Assembly: GCF_001447785.1 (NCBI RefSeq)
Contig: NW_015160837.1
Coordinates: 199,415-263,414 of the forward strand
DNA from: Gekko japonicus
Lineage: Eukaryota
Length of the DNA stretch: 64,000 nt
Direction: 5' to 3'
Shown here: piece by piece, positions 37,375 to 50,196 of the stretch
Layout: each line of letters begins with the position of its first letter
How positions within the stretch are numbered: the first letter of the stretch is position 1
The notes under the pieces: generated by a model
Told to the model about the DNA's origin: nothing
The model's database searches: none
The model's input: the letters and a program-made list of their open reading frames with translations, nothing else
Made by a program: the position numbers and the translations under genes

Positions 37375-38149
37375 GTACTATTCGTATGATCAGTCAGGAT
37401 CACTTCTAAATTAATGGCTCGTCGGGCCATTTCCCAACAATTTGAACAGAGATTTCAGTTATTATCTCACTGGAAGAAAATTACAGGAAGAACTGGTCAT
37501 CCCTTTTCTCTCTCCATACGGAGATTAATAGATTGGTTTGTATGTGGTTTGAGGTACTATTGAATTACCTTTTGTGAGGCAGCATAGGTCAGTGCTTGGG
37601 CCATGGAGTCAGAGCCATGTATAATGCCTATTTTGGAGAACACACAGTTCAGAAATGCTTAGAAGCTGGGAGACAGTAGCTCAACGTAGTTGGGATAAGA
37701 AATGGCTGTTGCAGCGAAGCCTTGACAGTGGAAAAAACTACTCCAGGCAACATGAGGACATAGAAATAAATATTTTAATGCCTTTCCCTTCACATTCCCT
37801 CCCCCTGACCACCTGTGTGGTATAATCTGTACAGAAATGGCTTTCTAATTTTAAAAGCTTTTCCATGTGATGGGGGGGTATATATAAAAGGGGTGATTTG
37901 TTTGGCATTGCTAAGGAGAGCCCACATTGGGAGGTATCTGCCACCACGTTTTCTGCTTCCATGAGATCAACCAATCTCTCCCCCCCCACCCCCTGGTAAA
38001 ATGAAGGCAGGGTTTTTATCAGGATTTCTCAAAGGATTTCCCTCATGTTACTCAAGTTCAAGTGAAAAATATATATGCATAATTTGGCCTGCTTCAGGAA
38101 GAGTGGCTGTCTGCATTAAAATGCTTTTTGGTTTGATGTATATCCACAG

Positions 38150-38310
38150 GTTTTGTCTTTCACGCATCCTACCTCGTTCCACTCTGCAGAGACTTATGAA
38201 TCACTGCTGCAGTGCCTCAGGATGGAAGATGATAAGGTAGCAGAGGCAGCCATTCAGATATTCAGAAACACAGGCCACAAAATAGAAACAGATCTGCCAC
38301 AGATAAGATC
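38150..38310 (+). CDS. PDS5A: PDS5A exon 19
   Basis: cag|GTT..TC|gtgagt, 161 nt; [53 protein letters not shown]. Confidence 0.97.
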
Positions 38311-39507
38311 GTGAGTGCCTTCCTCCACTTGCCAAAAACACTTTTAACACAGTTTACTTTAGTCTTGGTTTGCTTTAGTATTGGCACCAGACAACCTCTT
38401 TTCTTGCTGGTGCAACTCTTTGCCTATTACTTATTGTGGTTTTGGTTGTCCTCTGAATGTGTCTCCGGCACTGCCTTGAAAAATCAAAATCGCTGCTGTT
38501 TCTAGTTTACATTGCTGCTTGCTTTTTTACTGATTAGTTTTATCGAATTTTATTTTTCTATGATTATTTTAAATTTCAAAACTGATTTGAACACTGGGGG
38601 AAACCAGCGCTACCCATCACTTGTTGCCTCATTAACTGGTAAATAAGGTTTGCAAAACAAAGTTCTGGACGTCCTCCAGGTCCAACATGAAAGATGTGTG
38701 GGATTACAGTCTGTGGCCTGGATAGGATAAAAGTGGCACATTTCAGAGACGCTAGGTGACAAATTTAATTTAGTAAAAATGTGCATAATGAAGTTTTGCC
38801 TTAATATAATGACGTTTCTTTACAAAAACTTACAAATATAAAGAGACAGCTTTTTAACTCTATGCGTATTTCTCAATAAGGAAATTAAAGTTCTAATTTT
38901 AGATATTTTTATCTTGTGCAGATGGAAATCTTAACTCCACCTGCATGGCGCTTCCTTGGCCCGCACAGGATCCAACCCATAGACTAGCAGGGATACTGGA
39001 GATTGCCTTTTGCCTCCATGTTATAACTGTAACTCTGATGAAGTTGGGAAGGTTCAGTAAGGGGAAAACAGAAAGGTTCGGATCCTTAAGTTACTGTTCC
39101 GTCAGCTCTATAATAGTTCCACCAACAGAAACGGCTTTCCTGTTGGTGAGGAGGAGTGGGTGATGAACCGTTCCTAATGCAGACCCACACTGTTCCTGGG
39201 GCCCACTGACCCACAGGAGCACAGTTCATGGGGAGGATGACAAAGAAGGTTGCAGTAGAATGAAGGAGGAGGAAGTTGCTCTCCTTTAACTTCACTCTAC
39301 TGGTGCTATTTAGGATTGATGCCAAAATGAGCCTGATACCTTTCCACAGAAGAATTTGTTTTTTTCTTAATCTAACTCTGCCATTTTATATAACGGTGAT
39401 TGCTAGAATGTTTAGAATGTTTTCAATTCATGCAAATGTTACAGGAATTCGTTTTTTGGGTTTTTTTGCTATAATTTCTCTCTTTTTTGTGTGTTAAATC
39501 TATGGAG

Positions 39508-39631
39508 AACCCTAATCCCTATTTTGCATCAGAAAGCAAAGAGGGGAACACCTCACCAAGCAAAACAAGCTGTTCACTGTATACATGCCATATTTTCAAA
39601 TAAAGAAGTGCAGCTTGCACAGATCTTTGAG
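39508..39631 (+). CDS. PDS5A: PDS5A exon 20
   Basis: gag|A..GAG|gtaggt, 124 nt; [41 protein letters not shown]. Confidence 0.95.
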
Positions 39632-41122
39632 GTAGGTGTGTGTTATATATAAGCCATGGAAGAATGGGATCCTAATTACTGCGCCATAGGCCATACTTAA
39701 GGTCTTCATAAATACTTAACAGCTTATTGTTTGCAGTGTACTCTACCATTGAACAGTATTTGAAGCAACAGGTTTTAATCAGCAGATTCATCTAAAGCTT
39801 TAATTGTTCGATAGGTGGGCTAAAAATGAGAGGCATATTTAATTTTTCTAAGCTATTTTGGTTATCTTCTTCTACTATAAGAGGGAATGGAGATGAAAAT
39901 ATTTTAAATGTCCTGCACTTGTAGTAATGAATGGTAGCTGTAGTTTATTAAACTGGAAGTGATCTGCCACTTACTATCTCATAAAGGTGTCTCTGTTGAG
40001 GTTTTGATAACAGGTACCTTCAGTGAGTCAGCTGAGATGCAGGTAACTGTCTAAAAAGACTTTAATCACTTGACAGGCCTAAAGTTCAGTGTGTGGTTTT
40101 TGTCAAGTGCACGCATGACATCGTCCTCGTTCGCCACCGATCTTGGGATGTGTGTTGATGGAATGGACGATGTGCTCTTCTGACATCTGGTGGTTGAAAA
40201 ATTGACCATTGCGTGTCACCACTTTTTATTCATTTAGAAACTGGTTTCAAAATGTTGTTTGACTCCTTGAGACAATTCTGGAATAACTGGTCAGCCCAGT
40301 TGTTTTCAGCCTGCTTCTCTACTTGTATATTTACCCATGATTTCAAAACCATTCTGAGGTTGGGGGCGGGGGGAGAATAGTCAAAGACACAACTAGGGAA
40401 TCATAATGCCAGAACCAGGCTTCTCAGTCTGAGCAGTTCATCCCTTTCCAGGTTTTTAACTGAAAGAAAACGTTCATTAATCTGATCCATTTGTTTTCCA
40501 AGCAAAGCAAGGCTTTCAGTTTAATTTACCTACCTGCTGTTCTGGTGTAGTTTGTTTGCTTTGTTTGTAACATAACACTGAGAGATCATAATTAGGTATG
40601 TATATTCAGGACACAGTTCAGATCTGAACACATGCAGGACTCGGCCTCCTCACTTGGTTTTCAAAGCTGACAGGAAAGATTGTAAAAACGTACTGTAAGT
40701 CTGATAGCTCCCTTGAGCCCTGAGAGATCATAAGGAAGCTTAATTTCTCCATTTACAACATTATTTTCTGAGCATTTGCTTGAGCAGTAAGAGGTCACAG
40801 TGAAAGCCGTTCAATGTTTCAGATACAATTTTCTGATCTGACGCTTTTGACGTGTGTCTGAACCCTGCCCTTTTTGTAAAGGGCAGGCACAAGTAACTTA
40901 ATCGATTGTAATGTAATATCTGGAGCAAGGTTTTCAAAACATTTTGCATTACTAGGTTGCATTGCATTTTTATCCCACCCTTTCTCCAAAGAGCTGGAAA
41001 GGATTGTATAAATGGGTCTGTTTCCTTCCATTCAATCCATGTTTTCCCTTCTTGGGCAAAAAGTTGTTTGTGAATGTCAGAGCTCTTTGGAGCAGCCCTG
41101 GAAGAGGAGCGAGGGTCTGCAG

Positions 41123-41328
41123 CAATGCGCCCTCTAAGCTGTGGAGTCTTGTGAGCAAAAATCCTACTTTGTGAGCTACTGGCATTAAAGTTGTGAGCCA
41201 GCGATTTGGCTGCTGCATGAATTTGTTTGCTCTGGAGCCCTCCTTCCTGAGCAAAGACAGAAATGTGTGAGCTGGAGGCTAAAAAGCTGTGAGCTAGCTC
41301 ACACGAACTCAGCTTAGAGGGAACATTG
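41123..41328 (+). mobile_element. hAT-type MITE family A, copy 4
   Basis: TIRs present; TSD GTCTGCAG / GTCTGCAA. Confidence 0.9.
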
Positions 41329-41913
41329 GTCTGCAATGGGCGGGCAGGGAAAGCTGGCAAATGCATGCCTGTGTGTAGGTGTGTGGGGAAGCTCTTTAGA
41401 TCCCAGCTGCTGTTATGTTTTATGGCTGGTTTTCTTGACACAGGCAGGCAGAATTTTTCCAACGAAACTAAAGAGAAATCATTCCTATCCTTACATTAGA
41501 TTGAAAGGAAATGCAAAATGTATAATGTCACCTCAAATCCTAAGTAAAACGTTCCTCAACTATATATCTAAACATGACTGTCTCTCATACACAGCCAACT
41601 AAGAAAATGTTTTGCTGGACTTCTGAAAGATACTTTGATTTTGAGGAACATTAAAAGTGTGTTAATAGAGGCTGGGCATTCTGAAGCTCAGTTAGCGACC
41701 AGGGAGGAGTCAACTCATCTAGATATAAAGTGTTCAAAATGATTAATTTTCAGGTCAGATTAGTATGTTGCAGTGGGTCTCAAAGGAATTAGGAAGCTAG
41801 TTCTGTATTGTGTTCGGGGTCTTGAAGCTGATATTTTGTAAAGGAATTACATTATTTAGAAGTACACACCTGTTAATACACAATAGAATTATGAATTCTT
41901 TTTTCCCTCCTAG

Positions 41914-42072
41914 CCTCTAAGTAGAAGTTTGAATGCTGATGTTCCAGAACAACTGATAACTCCGTTAGTTTCTTTGGGCCACATTTCCATGTTAGCACCA
42001 GACCAGTTTGCATCGCCAATGAAATCTGTAGTTGCAAATTTCATCGTAAAGGATCTCCTGATGAACGACAGG
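41914..42072 (+). CDS. PDS5A: PDS5A exon 21
   Basis: tag|CCT..AGG|gtaagg, 159 nt; [53 protein letters not shown]. Confidence 0.97.
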
Positions 42073-42252
42073 GTAAGGTTTGATATAATAAAAGCTGAAA
42101 TTATATGGTGAGAAGGAAGAATTTTGTATAATTACCTGATAACGATTCGGAGCTTGTGGGAAGACAAACAAAATTAAAAATCTCTTCTAAATCAAGACAT
42201 TTTATTCATTTTTCACTTGAGTCAGCTTTCAATCTTGCGTAAATATCTGCAG

Positions 42253-42321
42253 TCTACAGGTGAGAAAAATGGAAAATTGTGGTCCCCAGATGAAGAGGTT
42301 TCCCCAGAGGTTTTAGCAAAG
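42253..42321 (+). CDS. PDS5A: PDS5A exon 22
   Basis: cag|TCT..AAG|gtaggt, 69 nt; [23 protein letters not shown]. Confidence 0.96.
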
Positions 42322-43409
42322 GTAGGTTAATTTTTCTTTTATGTATGACATATTGAGATTTCCCGCAACAAATATATAATAGTCTTAAGGCTTTTCACTA
42401 TAAAGAGGAACAATCTGGTTTTTTTAGCTCTCTTTACATTCGTCAAAGAAGTTCAGTTGCAGTGAAGGAGCTCAGTGGATGGATTCCATTGACCGAAGAG
42501 TCTTGCAAGACCTTGATCTTCCCTTCTCCTGTATTGTGCAGCTTGTAGGTTAAAGACTTCCCAGTTATGAGGAGCCACACTTTGTTGCAACTTCTGTATT
42601 GAGACTTTTATCAAATTGTGGTTTGCTTCCTGTTTGCAAACCAGGATTCTAAACCGCTATTAAACTAGTTTATAATCCTGGTTGACTGGCAGGAAACAAG
42701 CTGCAATTTGTTAAGGAGCCTGATTTGAAGAGCATAAGGAATAGTGTTTAGTTCTAAACCAGAAGCAGCGTGCGAGGGGGAGAGCACGTGCGAGGCTGCT
42801 TAATGAGGTCTGAATGCAGCTAAAATTAAAAAATTGCTTTCTATATTCTGACCGACTGATCAGATTTATGTAAAATGTTGTTAAGATTTCTATTGACTAC
42901 AGTTTTGCCCAAGTTTGGTATATCTGCTCTGTTCTACTAATACATGTGCTGTTGGCCTTCTCTAAGAAATAGAGCTGTTTAGTTTTAATTGCTGTTTTTG
43001 TTAAACTTTGTATATTGAGAACATCGAAAAACATAAATACATTGTTGCCCTAAATGTCAATCAGCTGCTTCTACAGCTGATTAAAAAAAAAAACCAACCC
43101 TAAGTGTTAAAAGGATCTCTACCAGACCTTTGAATTCATAATTTTCATTAGTTTTTTTAAGAGAGTGATTGCGTATTCAGGTAGCTATACAACCACTAGT
43201 GAATTGAAATATGACAAAACATAGTGCAAAAAGTGTTATCCTGACCCAGTACTTTAAGCAATGTATCTGGCTTCTACTGTTCTGAAACTGATTAGAAATT
43301 AACGTTCAACCTTTTGCTAAAATTTCTGTAAAGAAGTCTCAAACAATAAGTAACTGATCTAATTTGACACTATTAACAGCATCACAGTGACTGACTCATT
43401 GGTTAATAG

Positions 43410-43546
43410 GTTCAAGCAATTAAACTTCTGGTACGTTGGTTGTTGGGTATGAAAAATAACCAGTCAAAATCTGCAAATTCAACGCTCCGGTTATTATCAG
43501 CTATGCTGGTCAGTGAGGGAGACCTGACAGAACAGAGGAGAATCAG
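43410..43546 (+). CDS. PDS5A: PDS5A exon 23
   Basis: tag|GTT..AG|gtacgg, 137 nt; [45 protein letters not shown]. Confidence 0.96.
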
Positions 43547-44344
43547 GTACGGCTCATTCAAAGTTGTCTTTTGTTTGTTTTAGGAGTTTTCTGGGTTTTT
43601 TATTTTTTTTCAAATTGCAGTAAGATGCATTCAAAAAGCTTAAACACATAGATTTACAAAATTCAGAGAAGAGAAAATAATTACCAATATTGATCCGCAG
43701 ATTATTTCCTAAATCGTAGGAAAGATTCCCAAATAGCAAACATCAGTTTGACTGACTTCCATCATTCAGATATCCGTACTTCGTTAGCCATTTTCACAAT
43801 TTGTCAGACCTTTTAAATCCATTCCTTCACTTAAAAGGTTTTTGGCCACATGTCAGTTTTTAGCTATAATCAGTTTTGCAGCTCTTAAAGATACAGCAGT
43901 CATAGGAGACTCAGTTTAGAGGTGACATTTTGCCTAAATCCTAGCAGCGCTGTTGGTTCTTGGAATTTTTTTCTTGCTTACACCCCAGTCCAGCTAAGGA
44001 GGATCCTCACATTGATTCCTTTTGCTGGTTCTAGTGCAGTTTGTGCAGGTTGCAGGAGCATCTGGATGCAAAATGTTTTGTGTGGTACCTACTTGCATCA
44101 GATGCATTGAGGCTAGGGACGTGCGTTGCCTGCTCTGTTGCAGAGTGAATGGGAAAAGGCTGCCCAGTATGACATCTAAAGCCACTTGTTCCGTGCAACC
44201 GCGCATAATGTGTCAGCATCTCTGGGTTGAGGCCTTAGTGTGTTAGATGCCTCAGGGACTCTTTAGGCAGGGATTCATAAATTGCAGATTCTGCCATAAG
44301 CAAATGCTGGAGGTTTGGAATGCCAATCCTCATTTGGCAGTCCA

Positions 44345-44575
44345 AGCTCTCTTATAGCGATTCTATCAATGGCTACCAGCCATGGTGACTGAGGGGAAAC
44401 TCCACATTCAGAGGCACTAATCCTCTGAATCCCAGAGCCAGGGAGCAATATCAGGGGAAGGCGTTGGCCTCTGTGCCCTGTTCTTGGCCATCCAGAGGAA
44501 CTGGCTGGCCACTGTGTGAGACAGGATGCTGGACTGCTGGTCTGATCCAGCAGGGCTCTTCTTATGTTCTTATAG
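44345..44575. mobile_element. CR1-related SINE/LINE 3' fragment
   Basis: Ends ..TGGTCTGATCCAGCAGGGCTCTTCTTATGTTCTTA, a CR1-type tail common in sauropsids. Confidence 0.65.
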
Positions 44576-45280
44576 CAAAGAATATTGCATCTATTGTCAG
44601 TGATCATTTGTCATTAGTAAAAGTAAAGTTGTGGCATTTGCCTGACCTTTGTGAAAAAGGTATCCAGAAAAAGTAGTGTATTTTAACTACTTCTGGGGCT
44701 TTACTTATAAGCTGAGTTGCGTGCTTTACATCTTTCAGTGTACTCATTGGTGTTGGAGACTTGGGAGGGGGGAACAAGTGGCACTATTCAGGAAGGACTT
44801 GATTTCATTTCCTCCTAGATATAGATGATTGTCTCTTAAGTATATATTCGTATCCACTGTAACACTGCCCCAAAAAAGCACAGTCTTAAGAGATGTACTG
44901 GCCATATGGAACACAAATAGGAGCTTTGCAGAAGCCGTGTCTTCCTGCTTCTAACAGGTGTGTGAGAGTTGTGCCATCTGCAATCCTGCTTGAAACGGGT
45001 GTTAGAGTTTTGCCGCCTGCAGTTGCTGTGGCATCTTTAGAGCGTACTGGATCTTCCGGCTTGGGATCCTGCTGTTTTGGGTCAACGTTTAGGGTGGTGG
45101 GTTTTTTTTGAGAGATGTGTGACACTGTGACAGTTGGTCTTGGCATAAAGATTAGCCCTGCTCATTGGATAGCTGCCCTTGCAAGAGAACTGCTTGACCC
45201 TACCCATGACCAAGTACCACCGTCAATATACTGAGTCAGGGGATCAGGCTTTTACCACAGCCTGATACAGATCTACGCTG

Positions 45281-45505
45281 CCGTGGCGTAGTGGTTAGAG
45301 TGTCAGGCTAGAATCTGGGAAACCCAGGTTCGAATCCCCACTTCTGCCGTGGAAGCTCTCTGGGTGACCTTGGGTCAGTCACGTAGTCTCGGCCTAGTCT
45401 ACTTCACAGGGTTCTTGTGAAGATAAAACGGGGGAGAGGAGAACAGCGTGAGCCGCTTTGGGTCCCCATTGGGGAGAGAGATAAAGTAAATAAAATAAAT
45501 AAATC
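45281..45505 (+). mobile_element. tRNA-derived SINE (Squam3/MIR-like)
   Basis: A box TGGCGTAGTGG, B box GGTTCGAATCC, (TAAA)n tail; related copies near 47120-47362, 55720-55910 and 56880-57070. Confidence 0.8.
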
Positions 45506-45716
45506 TAGTGGAGAAGCCAGGTTGTTAATGAGCATCTGAAATATGTGGGTTTGTTTTTTTCCTGCTTTTTAAAGGTTTTTGGGACCAGGTTGTTACCCAC
45601 TTAAGTAGAAATTGGGGTATTTGAGTGACGTGTGTTAGAATTTTTGTGCCGTATGCACATCTTTAAACACAGCTGTGACTTCTGAGAGAGGACAATTTGT
45701 TTTCTTTTGTATGCAG

Positions 45717-45840
45717 CAAGTCTGATATGTCCCGCCTACGGTTGGCTTCAGGCAGTGCCATAATGAAGCTTGCACAGGAGCCTTGTTACCATGAAATTAT
45801 AACCCCAGAGCAGTTCCAGCTCTGTGCACTGGTCATTAAT
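45717..45840 (+). CDS. PDS5A: PDS5A exon 24
   Basis: cag|C..AAT|gtaagt, 124 nt; [41 protein letters not shown]. Confidence 0.97.
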
Positions 45841-46094
45841 GTAAGTAACTACCCTTGAAGGGTTGCAATGGACAGTTAATTGAAGCAGCTCATATTCCCA
45901 GCCACAGAATTTGTATTCAAGAGAAGATTATATTTTTCCTTTCTTGTGATGCAACATTCGTCTTGTGCCTGTCCTTGAACATTGCAAATGTTTCGCTCTG
46001 TGGAACTGTGTTTTAAAATTAATGTTTAGAGTTTATCAAATTTTTCTTGCTCAGTTGCACTGTTTTTTTAAAAAGTCTCTTTTAACTCTTACAG

Positions 46095-46299
46095 GATGAA
46101 TGTTACCAGGTGAGGCAGATATTTGCTCAGAAGCTACATAAAGCACTGGTAAAATTACTGCTCCCATTGGAGTACATGGCAATTTTTGCATTGTGTGCCA
46201 AAGACCCTGTAAAGGAAAGGAGAGCACATGCAAGACAGTGCTTGCTAAAAAATATAAGTATACGGCGAGAGTACATTAAGCAGAATCCTATGGCCAATG
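46095..46299 (+). CDS. PDS5A: PDS5A exon 25
   Basis: cag|GAT..G|gttagt, 205 nt; [68 protein letters not shown]. Confidence 0.97.
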
Positions 46300-46584
46300 G
46301 TTAGTAAACTTTCCTGCCAATTCTCTCTCATGATATTTTTACTCCCAAGTACTGTTTTGGGCACTCTCACTTTCTGTGCTTGAATATGTTTGTTTTCAGA
46401 AACTTTCCCAAGAAACATAACAAGTTCATTTTATAGGGTGTTCCTTAAGGAAGGAGATAGCTGTATTGCCTGCTTGTACAGTAGCAAAACAGTGATGTTT
46501 CTGGGTCTCTTTGCTTGTACTGCAAAACCATGGCTTAGAATCGGAGGGAAAAGCCTCTCCTCCCAACACTCAAGAGTTGGTTAG

Positions 46585-47061
46585 TGTCAGGTGTCGGACG
46601 CAATCCCTCTCACCACACTCTTGTCTCAAGAAGATTTGTTTATTGAGAAGTGGAAAGGTTCCAAGCATGGACAAAGTCTATGTCAGAACTGACACTCAGG
46701 TGCCAGGCCTGACCCCATACTATATGCAAGACATTCCCCCTAAGTCAAACTACCCAATCGGTATCCTTACTCAGCCCGCCAAAGATCCAAACCTGCCCCC
46801 CATCTGCCACTAGCCGTTGCATTATCTAGACATTCCCTGCATCCAAGGTCAGGGTGGATGCTGAGATCATACATTTCCCAGGCCCTTGTAGACTACTCCA
46901 AGCTGGTACTAGGGAAGCGTAAGCAGACATTCACACACGCACGCACCCCCCCCCCCTTCTAGCTAGGAAACCAGAAAAAGCAGTGGACTGAGTTCTTCTG
47001 AGAAAGCAATTAACCCCTGAGGCCACAGAGCTGGAGTGTAGCTAGATAACATTATCTGACA
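46585..47061 (-). mobile_element. Possible solo LTR
   Basis: 477 bp bounded by inverted TGTCAG / CTGACA with an AATAAA on the minus strand near 46640; no clean TSD found. Confidence 0.45.
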
Positions 47062-47462
47062 AGTGAGACTCGAGCTTGACAGTTTCTGTTTGGCACAGAC
47101 TATAATTTTCTGTTACATCCAGTGTAGTGGAGTGGTTAGAGGGTGGGACTAGGATCTGGGAGACCCCAGTTCAGACCCCCACTTTGCACTGGAAGTTCAT
47201 TGGTTGACCTTGGGCCAGTCATACCCCCTTGGCCTAATCTACCTCGCAAGGCGGTTGTTGTGAGGATAAAATGAAGGATAAAATGAAGAGTGACAAATGG
47301 TGTAAACTGCTTAGGGTCCCTGTTGGGGAGAAAGAAGGGGCATAAAAAGTAAAGTAAAATAACATATGAACTAACAAGTTGTACTCTGTGCTGTCCTCCA
47401 AACCAGAATGGTACATGCCTTGACTTGAAGCTAGTTTGCGATCCCAGGTTAAGCATACAAAC

Positions 47463-47745
47463 TAGGGTTGCCAAGTGTACTTACCTTGGCGGTGGGGGAG
47501 CCTCGCCGGGCTCCGGGAGCTCTCCGGGGAAGCGCGCGCCGCCAGCACATCACAGGAAGTGACGCGCTACATCGCTCACGTTGGGGGCGTGGCCCCGATC
47601 ATCAGAGGGGTTTCCCCCAGAGGTGCCGCAACCACACTGCGCTTCAGGGGGCGGAGTTCCCCCCGGGACCCGATTCCGCGATGGTGGGAATCGGGCCTCC
47701 AAAGCAGGGGTTTAACCCCCCCCCCGCCCCCACTTGGCAGCCCTA
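47463..47745. mobile_element. CpG-rich hAT-type MITE family D
   Basis: TIRs TAGGGTTGCCAAGTG / CACTTGGCAGCCCTA; 8-bp TSD ATACAAAC at 47455-47462 and 47746-47753. Confidence 0.9.
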
Positions 47746-47962
47746 ATACAAACCATAACTTGCCAGATCTACTGTTCTGGAATGATAAACTGTTTTGCAC
47801 TAAACAGGAAATAACTAATCAACTCGAAGCACATGAGGGGGAAGCAGAGCGCTGCATAAATACGAGACTCCTTCCCTTCTGAACCAGCCTTCTGATGTTC
47901 TCTATGTGTTGTATATTATATCCATTGGTTGCTTACGGAGCTCTTATGCCTTATTGTTCCAG

Positions 47963-48077
47963 AAAAGCTTTTATCTCTGCTGCCCGAATACGTGGTACCC
48001 TACATGATTCACTTGCTGGCTCACGATCCAGATTTTACAAAACCTCAAGATGTTGATCAGCTTCGTGATATCAAAGA
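47963..48077 (+). CDS. PDS5A: PDS5A exon 26
   Basis: cag|AA..GA|gtatgt, 115 nt; [37 protein letters not shown]. Confidence 0.97.
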
Positions 48078-48907
48078 GTATGTGTTGTCCTGTATTAGGC
48101 TTATGGAAAAAAACTGTAAATGGAAATCAGTGCATTTGTGGATGATCTGTTTGGAAATTTGGTGTATGGTTTTTGAAGAAAAAAATCCATCCCCAGCTCT
48201 TTCACCAATGTTTTTATGTGAAACCTGTGTAATGTTAGGAAAGTCTTTGTTATCAACAGGAGCATTTATCTGGCATATTTCTACCTTCCCTTGTTTGTGT
48301 GTGTGTGTGTGTATTTCACTTAGTACAGTATTCTTCCTCTGAGGAATGCAGAGGTTTCTGTATATAATTCTCAGGCAATCTTCTGTTCAAGCAGCTTACA
48401 GCACCTGATCTGCCAAACTTCAGATATCTTCAGGGGACTCTCTGGGTGGGGGTTAACTGCTGTAAAATTATACATACTAACAGCAATGAGCACTCAGTTC
48501 CATGAGTGAGTTTTAAGCTTTTGGGTTATCACTAAACAGAGGACTTTTTAACTTTCACAATAGCCTTTGCTAATTTAGGATAGTTCTACTCCATGCAAGC
48601 TATTCCTTCCTAAACACTGAGGCCATATTTTCTCCCAGTCCAGCGCCTTCTTTGCAGTTAATTTCTGCTGTTTGATCTCTTTTTAACTACTGAGGTCTGC
48701 TTTCTTTGACTTTCTCCCATTTCCCCTTAATAGAAAAATTCAGGGTTTTTAAAGTTTTATTAAGTAGTTAAAACCATGAAAGTGCGATTGCTTGATGCAG
48801 TTTAGAGCTTGAAGGAGGAGCCTTCACACCCAAAAGGTGCTTTCTGATAGGGTAAGGAGTTAGTGTTGTGAATGAATCCTGACATTTGGGTGCTTGTGTT
48901 CCATTAG

Positions 48908-49040
48908 GTGCCTGTGGTTCATGCTGGAAGTCTTGATGACAAAGAATGAAAACAACAGCCATGCCTTCATGAAAAAGATGACGGAGAGCATCAAACTGAC
49001 GCGGGATGCGCAATCTCCAGATGAGCCAAAGGCCAACGAA
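48908..49040 (+). CDS. PDS5A: PDS5A exon 27
   Basis: tag|G..GAA|gtaaga, 133 nt; [44 protein letters not shown]. Confidence 0.97.
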
Positions 49041-49537
49041 GTAAGAAATGTAGTGGAAGGGGGAAAGGTTTTGAAGTCAGTTGTTGAATGAGACAGAATG
49101 CTTTAGAACGTGCGCTAAGCCAGAATCTCTGATTTATCTCCATAGAGAACTTTAGTTGTAATCATTTCATGTTAGCGGTTGCATATTTTCAAAGTTCTAG
49201 CAGAGTATAGTTGTCAGGAAGCAATGCTAATTGTGTTCCATTGAAAAGGGATAATATAAATGTTTGTGATTCATAGGCATAATGTGAAAGTAGGAAACTT
49301 GAGGATCTTCTTCTATAGTAGCCATCCAGTCTTTATGTACAACGTATTATTCACAATTAATAGTATTGCGTATAAACCAAGATGTGTACCATGAGATATG
49401 GGAGGGGAAATGTGGGTTTTATTTTAAGCACAAAAGAAGTTTATAGAATTGTGCATTAGAGTGTAAACACAATTTTGCTCTCTTTTCAAAGAGCAAATTA
49501 ACTTCCAAAAGTACCATTCTCTCTCTCTCTCCCTCAG

Positions 49538-49657
49538 AAACTCTACACCGTATGTGATGTGGCCCTGTGTGTAATCAACAGCAAAAGTGCTTTATGTAAT
49601 GCAGAGTCTCCAAAGGATCCTGTATTGCCAACCAAATTTTTTACACAACCTGAAAAG
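49538..49657 (+). CDS. PDS5A: PDS5A exon 28
   Basis: cag|AAA..AAG|gtaatt, 120 nt; [40 protein letters not shown]. Confidence 0.97.
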
Positions 49658-50016
49658 GTAATTTCATTAAGTTTCAGTTTTGGAAAGGTAATGAAAAACA
49701 ACCTGAGACTAGATTTTCTAGTTTGGTATAGCTTCAAGTGCAGTAAGATGCAAGGGAAGGCGCTCACGTCTCTTGATTTTTATTAACTAAATTATCCACG
49801 TAGATAATTATCCCAACGTTGTCCTATTCTGTTCCTTCTCTAATGAAAGAAGAACACCACTAAATTTATTTGCAGTCATTTGGAGATGTTGTGGACTATT
49901 GAATCTTGAAGAACTGTCATTTATAAACATCAAATCTGAATGAAAGTGATGGAATCTTTGAAATGCAGAAACTGCACGAAATGTTCGGTTTATCTTAATT
50001 AGGCCACAGTATAGTA

Positions 50017-50194
50017 CAATGCTTCCTCTAAGCTGTGGCATCTTGTGAGCAAAAATTCTACTTTGTGAGCTACTGGCATTAAAGTTGTGAGCAAGCGATT
50101 CAGCTACTGCATAAATTAGTTTGCTCTGGAGCCCCATCCTTCCTGAGCTAAGACAAAAATGTGTGAGCCGGAGGCTAAAAAACTGTGAGCTAGC
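50017..50194 (+). mobile_element. hAT-type MITE family A, copy 5 (right TIR missing)
   Basis: Family A body running directly into MITE family B. Confidence 0.88.
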
Positions 50195-50196
50195 CC

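Noticed and set aside
40761-41462. Longest ORF in the track (233 aa, minus strand)
   Set aside because: Runs through a MITE A copy, shares its peptide with other MITE copies and has no domain features.
45281-45350. tRNA gene
   Set aside because: A and B boxes are present but continue into a SINE body and tail with no complete cloverleaf.
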